64,000 bases of DNA from an uncultured Christensenella sp. (GTDB lineage Bacteria; Bacillota; Clostridia; Christensenellales; UBA1242), in contig CAZMBC010000005.1 of the NCBI GenBank assembly GCA_964564685.1, positions 7,407 to 71,406 on the forward strand. The letters are read 5' to 3'. Every line of letters starts with the position of its first letter. Positions within the stretch are counted from its first letter, which is position 1. This document shows positions 29,011 to 37,744 of the stretch, one piece after another. A model generated the notes under the pieces. That model had not been told where the DNA came from. It worked only from the letters and a program-made list of their open reading frames with translations, and did not search any database. The position numbers and the translations under genes were made by a program.

Positions 29011-29574
29011 ATGAAAAAAATTAAAATAGTAAAATTGAATAGGCGAAATTTTAAACAAGCAATAAAATTGCAAGAAACATTATTCCCGGAAGAAAGTGGA
29101 GCTATGGATATTACTCTTGCAAGTGAGGGGAAAACTGCCGAAAATTATTGTTTGCTAAATTATTGGCTTGCGGTTTTTAATAATCAAGTTGTTGGCATAG
29201 TTGGTCTTTATTCCTATAAAATTTATCCTAAAGATGCATGGCTTGGCTGGTTTGGTGTTGACAAAAATTATAGGAAATTAGGAATAGGCAGTAAGTTATT
29301 TGATTTTGCATATAAAAAAACAAAAAAATTAGGTTTTAACACTTTAAGGCTGTATACTGACGATATTAGTAACGCAAATGCAATACCATTCTATCAAAAA
29401 AAGGGTATGATAAGTGAACCATATACAAATAAGCAAGACGAATGGGTTAGTGAAGGAAATACTTTAATTTTTTCAAAAAGTTTGAATTCTTTGCCACTAG
29501 AAAGCTGGAATAATAAATATTTAGCATTAAAAGAACACGAAAGTCTAAATCAACATCAATCACAAAAGGAGTAA
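29011..29574 (+). CDS. GNAT-family N-acetyltransferase
   Basis: Motif A: FGVDKNYRKLGIGSKLF. 187 aa, divergent from the other GNAT. Confidence 0.8.
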   Translation: MKKIKIVKLNRRNFKQAIKLQETLFPEESGAMDITLASEGKTAENYCLLNYWLAVFNNQVVGIVGLYSYKIYPKDAWLGWFGVDKNYRKLGIGSKLFDFAYKKTKKLGFNTLRLYTDDISNANAIPFYQKKGMISEPYTNKQDEWVSEGNTLIFSKSLNSLPLESWNNKYLALKEHESLNQHQSQKE

Positions 29575-29578
29575 ATTT

Positions 29579-30172
29579 ATGCAAAATAAAGGAGTATCTA
29601 TTATAACAATCATTGCATCATTTTTAATAATTATAGGTTTTTTGCTTTCCACTGTTTTAACTAGTTATTCGGAAAACATAATTTCTATAATTACAACCTT
29701 AACAGCAATTATTGGTGCGATTGCATTATTTTTTCAGTTTAAAAAGGATAAGCAAATCAATCAGGCATCTTTCATGATGGATTATAGTAAATCTTTTTAT
29801 GATACATACAATTGTCAAGACACATTTGCTTTACTTGATAAAGCATTGGATAATTATGAAATAACAGACAAAGATTTTGATGAAGAATTAAAAAAAGGCC
29901 TTGTTAACTATTTAATTTGGTGTGAGGGGTTAAGTTCTTTGATTTTACAAGGACTAATATCAATTAAACAAATTGACGCATTATTCAGTTACAGATTTTT
30001 CTTGATAACAAATTGTAAATTTATTCAAGATACTGAACTAGTACCTTATGCTGATTATTATGATGAAACAATAAAAGTACACGAGTTATGGACAAAATAC
30101 AAACGCTCTAAAAACCTGCCTATAATTTTAGATGAAAGTAATTTAACAGATAGATTGCGAATTTCCATATAA
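29579..30172 (+). CDS. Membrane-anchored hypothetical protein (2 N-terminal TM helices plus ~130-aa helical domain)
   Basis: The ATG is 4 nt after the GNAT stop and the AAGGAG SD lies in the GNAT 3' end. TM helices ITIIASFLIIIGFLLSTVL and IITTLTAIIGAIALFF. No family confidently recognised. Confidence 0.6.
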   Translation: MQNKGVSIITIIASFLIIIGFLLSTVLTSYSENIISIITTLTAIIGAIALFFQFKKDKQINQASFMMDYSKSFYDTYNCQDTFALLDKALDNYEITDKDFDEELKKGLVNYLIWCEGLSSLILQGLISIKQIDALFSYRFFLITNCKFIQDTELVPYADYYDETIKVHELWTKYKRSKNLPIILDESNLTDRLRISI

Positions 30173-30251
30173 TGTTCCTATTGAATTTGTAGAAAAACTT
30201 TTTATTATCTTTTTTATGCTAACACAATTATTAAGTCTTGTCAATTTTTTC

Positions 30252-30288
30252 TAAAAAACAAAAAGCCTAAAGCAAACATCACTTTAGA
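30252..30288 (-). terminator. tRNA-Ser terminator
   Basis: On the minus strand: TCTAAAG-TGATGTTTG-CTTTAGG hairpin followed by CTTTTTGTTTTTT. Confidence 0.6.
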
Positions 30289-30295
30289 CTTCTCT

Positions 30296-30383
30296 TGGCG
30301 GAGAGTTAGGGATTCGAACCCCAGGAAGCTTTCACTTCAACGGTTTTCAAGACCGCCGCTTTCGACCGCTCAGCCAACTCTCC
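30296..30383 (-). tRNA. tRNA-Ser (anticodon UGA), class II with long variable arm, CCA encoded
   Basis: GGAGAGTTGGCTGAGCGGTCGAAAGCGGCGGTCTTGAAAACCGTTGAAGTGAAAGCTTCCTGGGGTTCGAATCCCTAACTCTCCGCCA. The acceptor, anticodon (loop CTTGAAA) and T (TTCGAAT) arms all fold. Confidence 0.95.
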
Positions 30384-30405
30384 ATAAGATATTAAGTTTT
30401 TGCAA

Positions 30406-30504
30406 TGAGCGGTCGAAAGCAAGTTTCGTCCTAAGCCCATCATGTTAGTGCGTCAGGTTGAAATGACATTTAGTCATTTCTTTCCGCTCAACCAACTCTC
30501 CATA
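30406..30504 (-). repeat. tRNA-Ser-derived leader element (pseudo 5' half, hairpin, inverted D-arm copy)
   Basis: 30484-30504 matches 30366-30386 at 20 of 21 nt (tRNA positions 1-18 plus 3 nt upstream). 30406-30420 is a perfect inverted copy of 30358-30372. An 8-bp hairpin sits at 30460-30480. There is no T-arm or 3' acceptor strand. Confidence 0.6.
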
Positions 30505-30741
30505 GAATACTTGATTAAAGCATAAGATGGGAGATAAATACCCTTTAATTGCCTTTATGGTTAAACGAAGTCACAAGCTAAAGTGGCGTAAGATGTGGTC
30601 AAGCCATTGCTATTTAAACTAACAAAAATAAGTATAATACAAATAAACATAAAAATCAAGTTATTTTTGTAAATAAAAATAAAATCAGTCATTTATAATA
30701 GTTAATACCATAATGATGTTTTATACAAATTTAAAAAGTGG

Positions 30742-30771
30742 AAAAATAAAAAATCCTTATTTAAAAGGACT
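30742..30771 (-). terminator. Terminator of the CYTH-like gene
   Basis: On the minus strand: GTCCTT-TTAAAT-AAGGAT hairpin followed by TTTTTTATTTTT. Confidence 0.5.
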
Positions 30772-30777
30772 TGTTAA

Positions 30778-31467
30778 TTAATTTAATAAATTTTCTTTAG
30801 AGATAATGAAATCACTATGCTCAATTTCAATAAGTTTAGGAAACTCAAACTTAAGTAATTTAACTAGCATATCATAGTCATTCTTAAGATTTATAGTAGA
30901 ACTTTCGATTTCGAACAGTTCCAAACGAGTTTTTCTGCGATTAAGCGAAGTGGAATATTCTGCCTGCGAAAAGAAGAACATGCATTTAAGACCATTTATG
31001 TGGATAACCCTGTAACTTTCGCGTTTTTTCAGAATTTTGAATACAGGCGCGCATTTGTGTAAAAACTGTTCGGCGTCAACCTCAATTCCATTAGGAAGTA
31101 AATTACTAATAGCCTCCGCAATAAATTCGGAGTAGTTTAAAATATTTGCTTTTGCTGGGATAGTTATGGCAAAAGTATCTGGGATGTTGCTTAAAAATGC
31201 AATACGCTTTTTTTCGCTTTCATACCTAACCACCAGTTCGGCGTTTGATTTGCCTTTAAAGGAGTTGATATTAACCACAATTCCGCGATTAAATAAATAA
31301 AAATCGGGCGTATCATAATACACCTTTTGCAAAACATCTTTTCCAACCAACTGCACGCTATAACTTTTAAGGGTTGGACTGTTTTTCATTATGGTTAATT
31401 TGTCTTTTTTTAAATTGTCTAGCGAAAACTTTGTTCCTAGATAATTGCTTTTAACCGCTTTATCCAT
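30778..31467 (-). CDS. CYTH-like domain protein (catalytic motifs apparently degenerate)
   Basis: QKVYYDTPDFYLFNRGIVVNI and KKRESYRVIHINGLKCMFFFSQAEY...LELFEIES resemble CYTH beta-barrel strands. The N-terminal ExExK signature is absent. Confidence 0.4.
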   Translation of the reverse strand: MDKAVKSNYLGTKFSLDNLKKDKLTIMKNSPTLKSYSVQLVGKDVLQKVYYDTPDFYLFNRGIVVNINSFKGKSNAELVVRYESEKKRIAFLSNIPDTFAITIPAKANILNYSEFIAEAISNLLPNGIEVDAEQFLHKCAPVFKILKKRESYRVIHINGLKCMFFFSQAEYSTSLNRRKTRLELFEIESSTINLKNDYDMLVKLLKFEFPKLIEIEHSDFIISKENLLN

Positions 31468-31657
31468 ACAATGTATTATAATATAACAAATATTTTAACG
31501 CAACTTTTTAAAGGGATATCTTTGCATTAAAATAACAAATAACTAGATTTTTGTCGGAAGTAATTTGCTATATTTACTAAAACTTATTGAAAATAAAAAT
31601 TTTATAATGTATAATTTAATATGCTAAAATTATATACGGCTAACAAATGGAGATATA

Positions 31658-32572
31658 ATGAAAATAAAAAAACTACTATGTTGTATAATTTTGTTGCTTT
31701 GTACGTGCGTATTTGCGGGTTGTGCAAATGTGGAGTATCAGCGCAGAATAGACGACCTGGGGCAGATATTAGACAAGATAACTGTGGAACTTGATTACGA
31801 CAAGCTTTCTTCTAAAGGCCTTTCGGACGAGCAGATAATAAGCTTATTGGATGTGGTTAAGAACGATATTGATGATAACTTTGCGAATATTGTAAAATCA
31901 AATTTAAGTTTTATACAACAAACCAATCCCGCCTTGTTTTATGCAATACGACCATATATTCAGTTAAATGATAGCGTAACAAGAATAATAGACCCTGCAA
32001 CAAAAACATACAAAGTATCGTACGAAATATTGTTTAAAAATGGCACGCAATATACTGCCAGTGAAATAATGGAGTATGCTTATGGCGCAACGGGTGATGA
32101 CGATGATTCGGAATCATCTGGCGGAATGGAGACCCAAAAATCGGATTTTTTAACCAAATATGTGCAAAAATCAAGTAACTTTTTTGGTGATGTAACAAAA
32201 ACCACTTTTAACGGACAAAATGTTTACGAAAAGTATCAAACCCTATGCCCACAATTTGGAGAGGACGATATTACATTAACACAAATTTACGGCAGCACAA
32301 ACTACCGGTTAAAATCCAATGCGGATGTAGTGGACACGATTGAAGGTTATAAATGTCACTTGTGGGAGATGAGTATAAGTAAGGCAAAGGAATTTGAGTT
32401 AGAGTTTTACTATCTTTCTCCTACAACCAGTAGTTGGTACATTTTGGCATTGGCGTTATCAATGAGTTTGGTTGTGGCACTTGTAGTGGTATTTATAGTA
32501 AAAATTCACAACAAAAAGAAGTACTCTGAAATTGTAAAAAGCGAAGATGAAACTGAACAAATGGAAGAATAA
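31658..32572 (+). CDS. Lipoprotein with C-terminal TM anchor, function unknown
   Basis: Lipobox VFAGC. An acidic GDDDDSESSGG stretch. C-terminal helix WYILALALSMSLVVALVVVFIV. Confidence 0.65.
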   Translation: MKIKKLLCCIILLLCTCVFAGCANVEYQRRIDDLGQILDKITVELDYDKLSSKGLSDEQIISLLDVVKNDIDDNFANIVKSNLSFIQQTNPALFYAIRPYIQLNDSVTRIIDPATKTYKVSYEILFKNGTQYTASEIMEYAYGATGDDDDSESSGGMETQKSDFLTKYVQKSSNFFGDVTKTTFNGQNVYEKYQTLCPQFGEDDITLTQIYGSTNYRLKSNADVVDTIEGYKCHLWEMSISKAKEFELEFYYLSPTTSSWYILALALSMSLVVALVVVFIVKIHNKKKYSEIVKSEDETEQMEE

Positions 32573-32574
32573 AA

Positions 32575-32877
32575 ATGACGGATAGATATTTTTTTGATAA
32601 ACGACAAATAAAACATGGGTTAATTAAATATGGTATAGCATTTTTGGTGGCTTTTCCCCTATTAATTTTGGTGGGCGTTGTTTTAAATAACGCAAAATCG
32701 TGGATAAGAATTTTAATTTATATTGCAATTTTGTTAACAGCTGTGATATTATCTGATGTAATAGATAAAAAGCTTAAAACCAAAAAGCTGGAGCAGAAAC
32801 AAGAGATTGCTTTACGTGAAAAACAACAACGAACGAAGCAACAAACCATAAAATCTACTCAAAAAACCAAAAAATAA
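32575..32877 (+). CDS. Small membrane protein with Lys/Gln-rich tail
   Basis: Two TM helices. Starts 2 nt after the preceding stop. 100 aa. Confidence 0.5.
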   Translation: MTDRYFFDKRQIKHGLIKYGIAFLVAFPLLILVGVVLNNAKSWIRILIYIAILLTAVILSDVIDKKLKTKKLEQKQEIALREKQQRTKQQTIKSTQKTKK

Positions 32878-32888
32878 GAGGGAGTATA

Positions 32889-34352
32889 ATGAACAAAAGC
32901 AAAAAAGATGTAAGAGTTTTGCCACATAGCGTTGAGGCAGAACAAAGCGTTTTGGGATGTGTGCTAATAGACCAAGATGCTAGTTATAATATTTTAAGCG
33001 AGTTAAAAGATACAGATTTTTATGTGGAAGCGCATAAGATTATTTTTAACAACATGTTTGATGTTCAAAAACGCAACATGCCCATAGATTTTGTAACTTT
33101 ATGTGATGAATTAGAAAAGAACGACATGCTAGATGCAGTGGGTGGCTTGGAATACATAACAACATTAACAAACATCGTGCCATCCGCTAGCAACTACAAG
33201 CACTATATTGAACTTGTAAAAAGAGATAGCGTTCTTCGTAAACTTATTTCTGCCTCGCAGGACATAATTGAAAAGTCATTTAGCGGTGGTGATAAGGAAG
33301 ATATTTTGGCGTATGCTGAACGCAACATTTTTGAAATTGGCCAAAACGAAGAGCGCAGTAATTTAACCCCAATTAACGACGCATTAGATGAGGTTATGGA
33401 TAAGTTTGAAACCATCCAAAAGGATAAAAACAGTTTGCGTGGAATTTCTACGGGTATTTTTGGATTGGATAAAATTACTAACGGACTGCAAAACTCTGAC
33501 CTAATTTTGGTGGCAGCGCGTCCTGGTTGTGGTAAGACCAGCTTGGCGATGAACATTGTTAACCACGCTGCAATTCACGGCAAAAAGAAATGCGCAATTT
33601 TCTCGCTGGAAATGCCAAAAGTTCAGCTTGCTCAACGTAGTTTGTGCTCTATTGCATATGTGGATATGGAACGAGCATTAAAGGGCGAAATGAGCGTAAG
33701 GGAATGGCAGGCTCTTTGGAGCGCCAAGGAAAAACTTGCAGGTGCGGATATTTTTGTAGACGATTCTTCGCTAAATACACCAATGGATATTTTAAGCAAA
33801 TGCCGAAAGCTAAAACGCGAGCAGGGCTTGGATCTTATTATGATTGACTATTTACAACTTATGAGTGGCTCAGGCAAGGCAAAAGATAATCGCCAACAGG
33901 AAATTAGCGAAATGAGCAGGGCGCTTAAGGTTGCTGCAAGAGAACTTAATGTGCCTATAATTGTGTTAAGTCAGTTGTCGCGTGCGGTTGAAGCACGTAA
34001 GGACCACCGCCCAATTCTTTCTGACTTAAGAGAAAGTGGCGCGATTGAACAAGACGCAGATATTGTTATCTTTATTTATCGTGGCGACATGTACAATGAT
34101 GTTCCAGAAAGCGAAAAAGAAGGCAATATTGCCGAAATAATTATTGCTAAACACCGTAATGGTGGCTTAGGCACAGTTAAAGTTAAGTGGTTGCCATCTA
34201 TTACAACTTTTGTTAACTTGGAAAAAGATGCCAACGCACAAAGTTTAGAAGCAACTGAACCAATTGCACCGCCTACTTATATGCCAAGTGATGCTGATAT
34301 TCCACCTGTTACATCAATTGAGGAAAGTGATATTGTGGACGATATATTTTAA
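32889..34352 (+). CDS. dnaB: Replicative DNA helicase (DnaB family)
   Basis: N-terminus LPHSVEAEQSVLGC, Walker A ARPGCGKTS, IMIDYLQLM, VLSQLSR and DLRESGAIEQDAD. Carries an extra ~45-aa acidic C-terminal tail. Confidence 0.95.
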   Translation: MNKSKKDVRVLPHSVEAEQSVLGCVLIDQDASYNILSELKDTDFYVEAHKIIFNNMFDVQKRNMPIDFVTLCDELEKNDMLDAVGGLEYITTLTNIVPSASNYKHYIELVKRDSVLRKLISASQDIIEKSFSGGDKEDILAYAERNIFEIGQNEERSNLTPINDALDEVMDKFETIQKDKNSLRGISTGIFGLDKITNGLQNSDLILVAARPGCGKTSLAMNIVNHAAIHGKKKCAIFSLEMPKVQLAQRSLCSIAYVDMERALKGEMSVREWQALWSAKEKLAGADIFVDDSSLNTPMDILSKCRKLKREQGLDLIMIDYLQLMSGSGKAKDNRQQEISEMSRALKVAARELNVPIIVLSQLSRAVEARKDHRPILSDLRESGAIEQDADIVIFIYRGDMYNDVPESEKEGNIAEIIIAKHRNGGLGTVKVKWLPSITTFVNLEKDANAQSLEATEPIAPPTYMPSDADIPPVTSIEESDIVDDIF

Positions 34353-34379
34353 AAAAAGGCTAATTTTATTAGCTTTTTT
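34351..34379 (+). terminator. dnaB terminator
   Basis: gctaat-ttt-attagc hairpin extended by A/T pairs, followed by T6. Confidence 0.7.
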
Positions 34380-34486
34380 ATTTTTATTTTAGTTTTAAAT
34401 ATAAAATTGTAAATTTTTATCCGTATAAAACAACAAATAAAAAATAAAATTCCTTAAATTACACAAGGTATATTTAAGGATTTTTT

Positions 34487-35881
34487 ATGAAACGAAAAAA
34501 AGCAAACAAGTTTGTGTATGGAATAGGAAATTTGGGTTATAGCGTAATTGGTCAAACTATAACCAACTTTTTTATGTTCTATGGAACAAGTGTGCTAAAA
34601 GTCCCAGGAACGCTAGTTGGTGTGGCAATAGCAATTTCTACATTTTGGGACGGCTTTACTGACCCTATTGTGGGTTTTATTAGCGACCACTATCCCATAA
34701 AGGGGTTTGGAAATCGCACAGGCTATATGTTTTTTGCAACATTTGGCATGGCGCTTGTTAACCTTTTTATTTGGTTTGTGCCGCTTAATATTTCTACTGG
34801 AATTAAGTTTTTATGGATACTTGTGGGATTAATTGCCATTGAAACTTTTAACACCCTTTATTCCACACCATACATGGCGCTTTCGTCAGATATTGGTTAT
34901 GGCTATCACGAGCGAACGGTTGTGCAAATTAGCAAAACTATTTTTTTGCTTTTGGGCATGATAATTTCTTCACTTTTGCTTTATGTTTTTTTGCCCAACA
35001 CAGAGGCTTTCCCTGTGGGTCAGCTTAATCCAATGGGATACAGGAATATGGCAATTATCACCAGCGCAATTTGTATTTTATGTGGATTGATATGTGTGTT
35101 TGGCACAAGAAAATGTGTAAAAATTCATAATTCCGCATTGCCTACAGAAAAATTTTCGTTTAAACAGATGTGGAAGGATTTTGCTTCTTCGTTACAAAAC
35201 ACGCAACAAAGATGCATTATACTAGGATACTCAATCTCTTTGTTAAGCGGCGTAATTTTAACCAGCGTGGGCATGCATTTTTTTACCTACTGTTTTAACT
35301 TTGCAAGCAAACAAATAACTATTTTATTGGCAAGCCTTATCCTAGGCACAATAAGTTCCCAGCCACTTTGGTTTTATATTAGCAAAAAACACGACAAAAA
35401 ACCCGCATTGCTTTCGTCAATGTTTGTATCTGTAGTGGGGGTATTTTGCATAATAACGCTGTTTTTATTACGAAAGTCGCTAGGCAAAGTTGCGTTCTTT
35501 TTAATACTAATATCCGTGTTTGTTTGCGGATTTGGAAGCGGTGCGCTATACTCCTTGCCCACTAGCATATATAACGACATTATTATAAAACAAAACAAAA
35601 AGTTAGGACAAAATAAAACCGCCACCTATAGCGGAATGCTAACTTTTTCGTGTAATATTGCAAACTCTCTTGCATTGCTTGTAATAGGTGGGCTTTTGGA
35701 TGTTATTAAGTTTGACCCCAATAAAACAACCCAAACACTTTCTGTTCAAACGGGTTTGGCACTAATTTTGTTTGTTGGTGTGCAAATTGCGCTTATTTTG
35801 GGATATTATATTTTTTCTAAATATAACCCGCGTAACATAGCCAAAAAATATAAAAATAAAAAGGATATTTTACAAAACTAA
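34487..35881 (+). CDS. MFS transporter, GPH (glycoside-pentoside-hexuronide) family-like
   Basis: About 12 TM helices. DPIVGFISDHYPIKGFGNRTGYMF resembles the GPH loop 2-3 motif. Confidence 0.75.
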   Translation: MKRKKANKFVYGIGNLGYSVIGQTITNFFMFYGTSVLKVPGTLVGVAIAISTFWDGFTDPIVGFISDHYPIKGFGNRTGYMFFATFGMALVNLFIWFVPLNISTGIKFLWILVGLIAIETFNTLYSTPYMALSSDIGYGYHERTVVQISKTIFLLLGMIISSLLLYVFLPNTEAFPVGQLNPMGYRNMAIITSAICILCGLICVFGTRKCVKIHNSALPTEKFSFKQMWKDFASSLQNTQQRCIILGYSISLLSGVILTSVGMHFFTYCFNFASKQITILLASLILGTISSQPLWFYISKKHDKKPALLSSMFVSVVGVFCIITLFLLRKSLGKVAFFLILISVFVCGFGSGALYSLPTSIYNDIIIKQNKKLGQNKTATYSGMLTFSCNIANSLALLVIGGLLDVIKFDPNKTTQTLSVQTGLALILFVGVQIALILGYYIFSKYNPRNIAKKYKNKKDILQN

Positions 35882-35944
35882 AAGCAATTAAGTTGAAAAT
35901 AAAGCAAGCTTGTGGTAATATATACTCGTAAAAAAGGAAATGTT

Positions 35945-37732
35945 ATGACAAAACTTACAACTAAACAACTTAAAGATTTATGGATTAAATTCTTCACTGA
36001 AAAAAATCACACTCAAATACCTTCATCTTCACTTGTTCCAGATAATGATGGTTCGGTGCTTTTTACTACTGCTGGAATGCACCCAATTGTTCCATATTTG
36101 TTGGGGCAGGAACATCCGCAGGGAAAACGCCTAACCGACTATCAAAAATGCGTACGTACTAACGATATTGAAAGCGTGGGCGATAGTAGTCACCTTACTT
36201 TTTTTGAAATGCTTGGCAGTTGGAGTTTGGGCGATTATTTTAAAAAGGAAATAATAAAATATTCATTTGAGTTTTTAACCAGCAAAGAATATCTAAACTT
36301 GCCAGTTGAAAAACTTGCCGTTAGTGTTTTTGCGGGCGATGATAACCTGCCTTTTGATAAAGAGGCGTATGACACATGGAAAGAATGTGGAATAAAAGAA
36401 GAAAACATTTTTGTGCTTCCTAAAGAGAACAACTGGTGGGCGTTGGGTGAAGTTGGACCATGTGGCCCAGATAGTGAAATGTTTTATATAACGGATAAAG
36501 AAAAATGTTGCGAATCCTGCTCGCCTGCGTGCGATTGTGGCAGATATTTGGAAATTTGGAATGATGTATTTATGGGTTACGCGCGCTATGAAGAGGGTGG
36601 CGAACTAAAGGAATTAAAACAAAAAAACATTGATACAGGTATGGGGCTAGAGCGCACAGTTTGTGTTGTAAATGGCTATAAAAGCGTGTATGAATGTGAT
36701 GTTTTTGCAGACGCAATTACAACGCTTGAGAAATTAAGCGGAAAGCAATATAATGATAACGACGAATACACCAAGGCGTTTAGGGTTATTTGTGACCACT
36801 TGCGTGCATCTACAATGATTATGGGGGATGAGATTCCTACAACACCTAGCAATGTTGGCAGAGGATATGTGCTTCGCCGTTTAATCCGCAGAAGTGTAAA
36901 TTACTCTAGAAAACTTGGCATAAATGCCTTTGACCTTGTAAAACTTGTGGGGGTTTATGTAAATTTCTTTAAAGATTACTACCCTCGTTTGGTAACCGCA
37001 CAGTCCACTATTGAAGAAGAACTTACTAAAGAGATTAAAAAGTTTAACAATACAATTAATCAAGGTTTAAAGGAATTTGATAAAGCCGTAAATAAAGCGC
37101 AAAACAATGTTTTGGATGGTGCAACAACATTTAGGCTTTACGATACATTTGGCTTTCCGTTAGAGTTAACTTGCGAATTGGCAGAGGAACGCGGTGTTAA
37201 AGTGGATGTTGAGGGCTATAAGGAAAGTTATAAAAAGCACCAAGAGCTAAGTCGTGCAAGCAACACCCAAGTATTTAAGGGCGGACTTGCTGGCAGTGAC
37301 TTTGGCTATGCAAAATATCACACGGCAACTCACTTGCTTAACGCATATCTGCGTAAACATTTTGGAAATGATGTACATCAGCGCGGTAGCAATATTACAC
37401 TAGAACGAATGCGTTTTGACTTTAATTTTGACCGCAAACTAACACCTGAAGAAATTAAGATGTTAGAAAATGACGTTAACAGCGCAATTAAACAAGACAT
37501 TAGGGTTGTTAAGGAAGAAATGAGCCTTGAACAAGCGCGTAACAGCGGAGCAGTGGGTATATTTGATAGCAAATATGGCGATATTGTTAGCGTTTATACA
37601 ATTGGAGACATCAGCAAAGAAATCTGCGGTGGTCCACATGCCGAACATACTGGCCAACTGGGTACATTTAAAATTGTTAAGGAAGAAAGTTCGTCAGCTG
37701 GCGTAAGAAGAATTAAAGCAGTATTACAATAA
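35945..37732 (+). CDS. alaS: Alanyl-tRNA synthetase, compact ~595-aa form
   Basis: AAGGAAA SD before MTKLTTKQL; the listed GTG start is 11 codons upstream. Catalytic core FTTAGMHP, FFEMLGSWSLGDYFK, GPCGPDSE and LEIWNDVFM. Editing core HTATHLL and CGGPHAEHTG. The protein ends directly after the editing core. Confidence 0.9.
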   Translation: MTKLTTKQLKDLWIKFFTEKNHTQIPSSSLVPDNDGSVLFTTAGMHPIVPYLLGQEHPQGKRLTDYQKCVRTNDIESVGDSSHLTFFEMLGSWSLGDYFKKEIIKYSFEFLTSKEYLNLPVEKLAVSVFAGDDNLPFDKEAYDTWKECGIKEENIFVLPKENNWWALGEVGPCGPDSEMFYITDKEKCCESCSPACDCGRYLEIWNDVFMGYARYEEGGELKELKQKNIDTGMGLERTVCVVNGYKSVYECDVFADAITTLEKLSGKQYNDNDEYTKAFRVICDHLRASTMIMGDEIPTTPSNVGRGYVLRRLIRRSVNYSRKLGINAFDLVKLVGVYVNFFKDYYPRLVTAQSTIEEELTKEIKKFNNTINQGLKEFDKAVNKAQNNVLDGATTFRLYDTFGFPLELTCELAEERGVKVDVEGYKESYKKHQELSRASNTQVFKGGLAGSDFGYAKYHTATHLLNAYLRKHFGNDVHQRGSNITLERMRFDFNFDRKLTPEEIKMLENDVNSAIKQDIRVVKEEMSLEQARNSGAVGIFDSKYGDIVSVYTIGDISKEICGGPHAEHTGQLGTFKIVKEESSSAGVRRIKAVLQ

Positions 37733-37744
37733 AATATAACATTT

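Noticed and set aside
30406-30504. Whether the element upstream of tRNA-Ser is a second tRNA, SRP RNA, tmRNA or RNase P RNA
   Set aside because: It has no T-arm (no GTTCGAAT-type loop) and no 3' acceptor strand. It lacks the SRP domain IV consensus (GGAA tetraloop with AGCAGC), the tmRNA ends and the RNase P GAGGAAAGUCC motif. Its GAAA-containing segment is simply the inverted tRNA D-loop. It is kept as a tRNA-derived leader or repeat.
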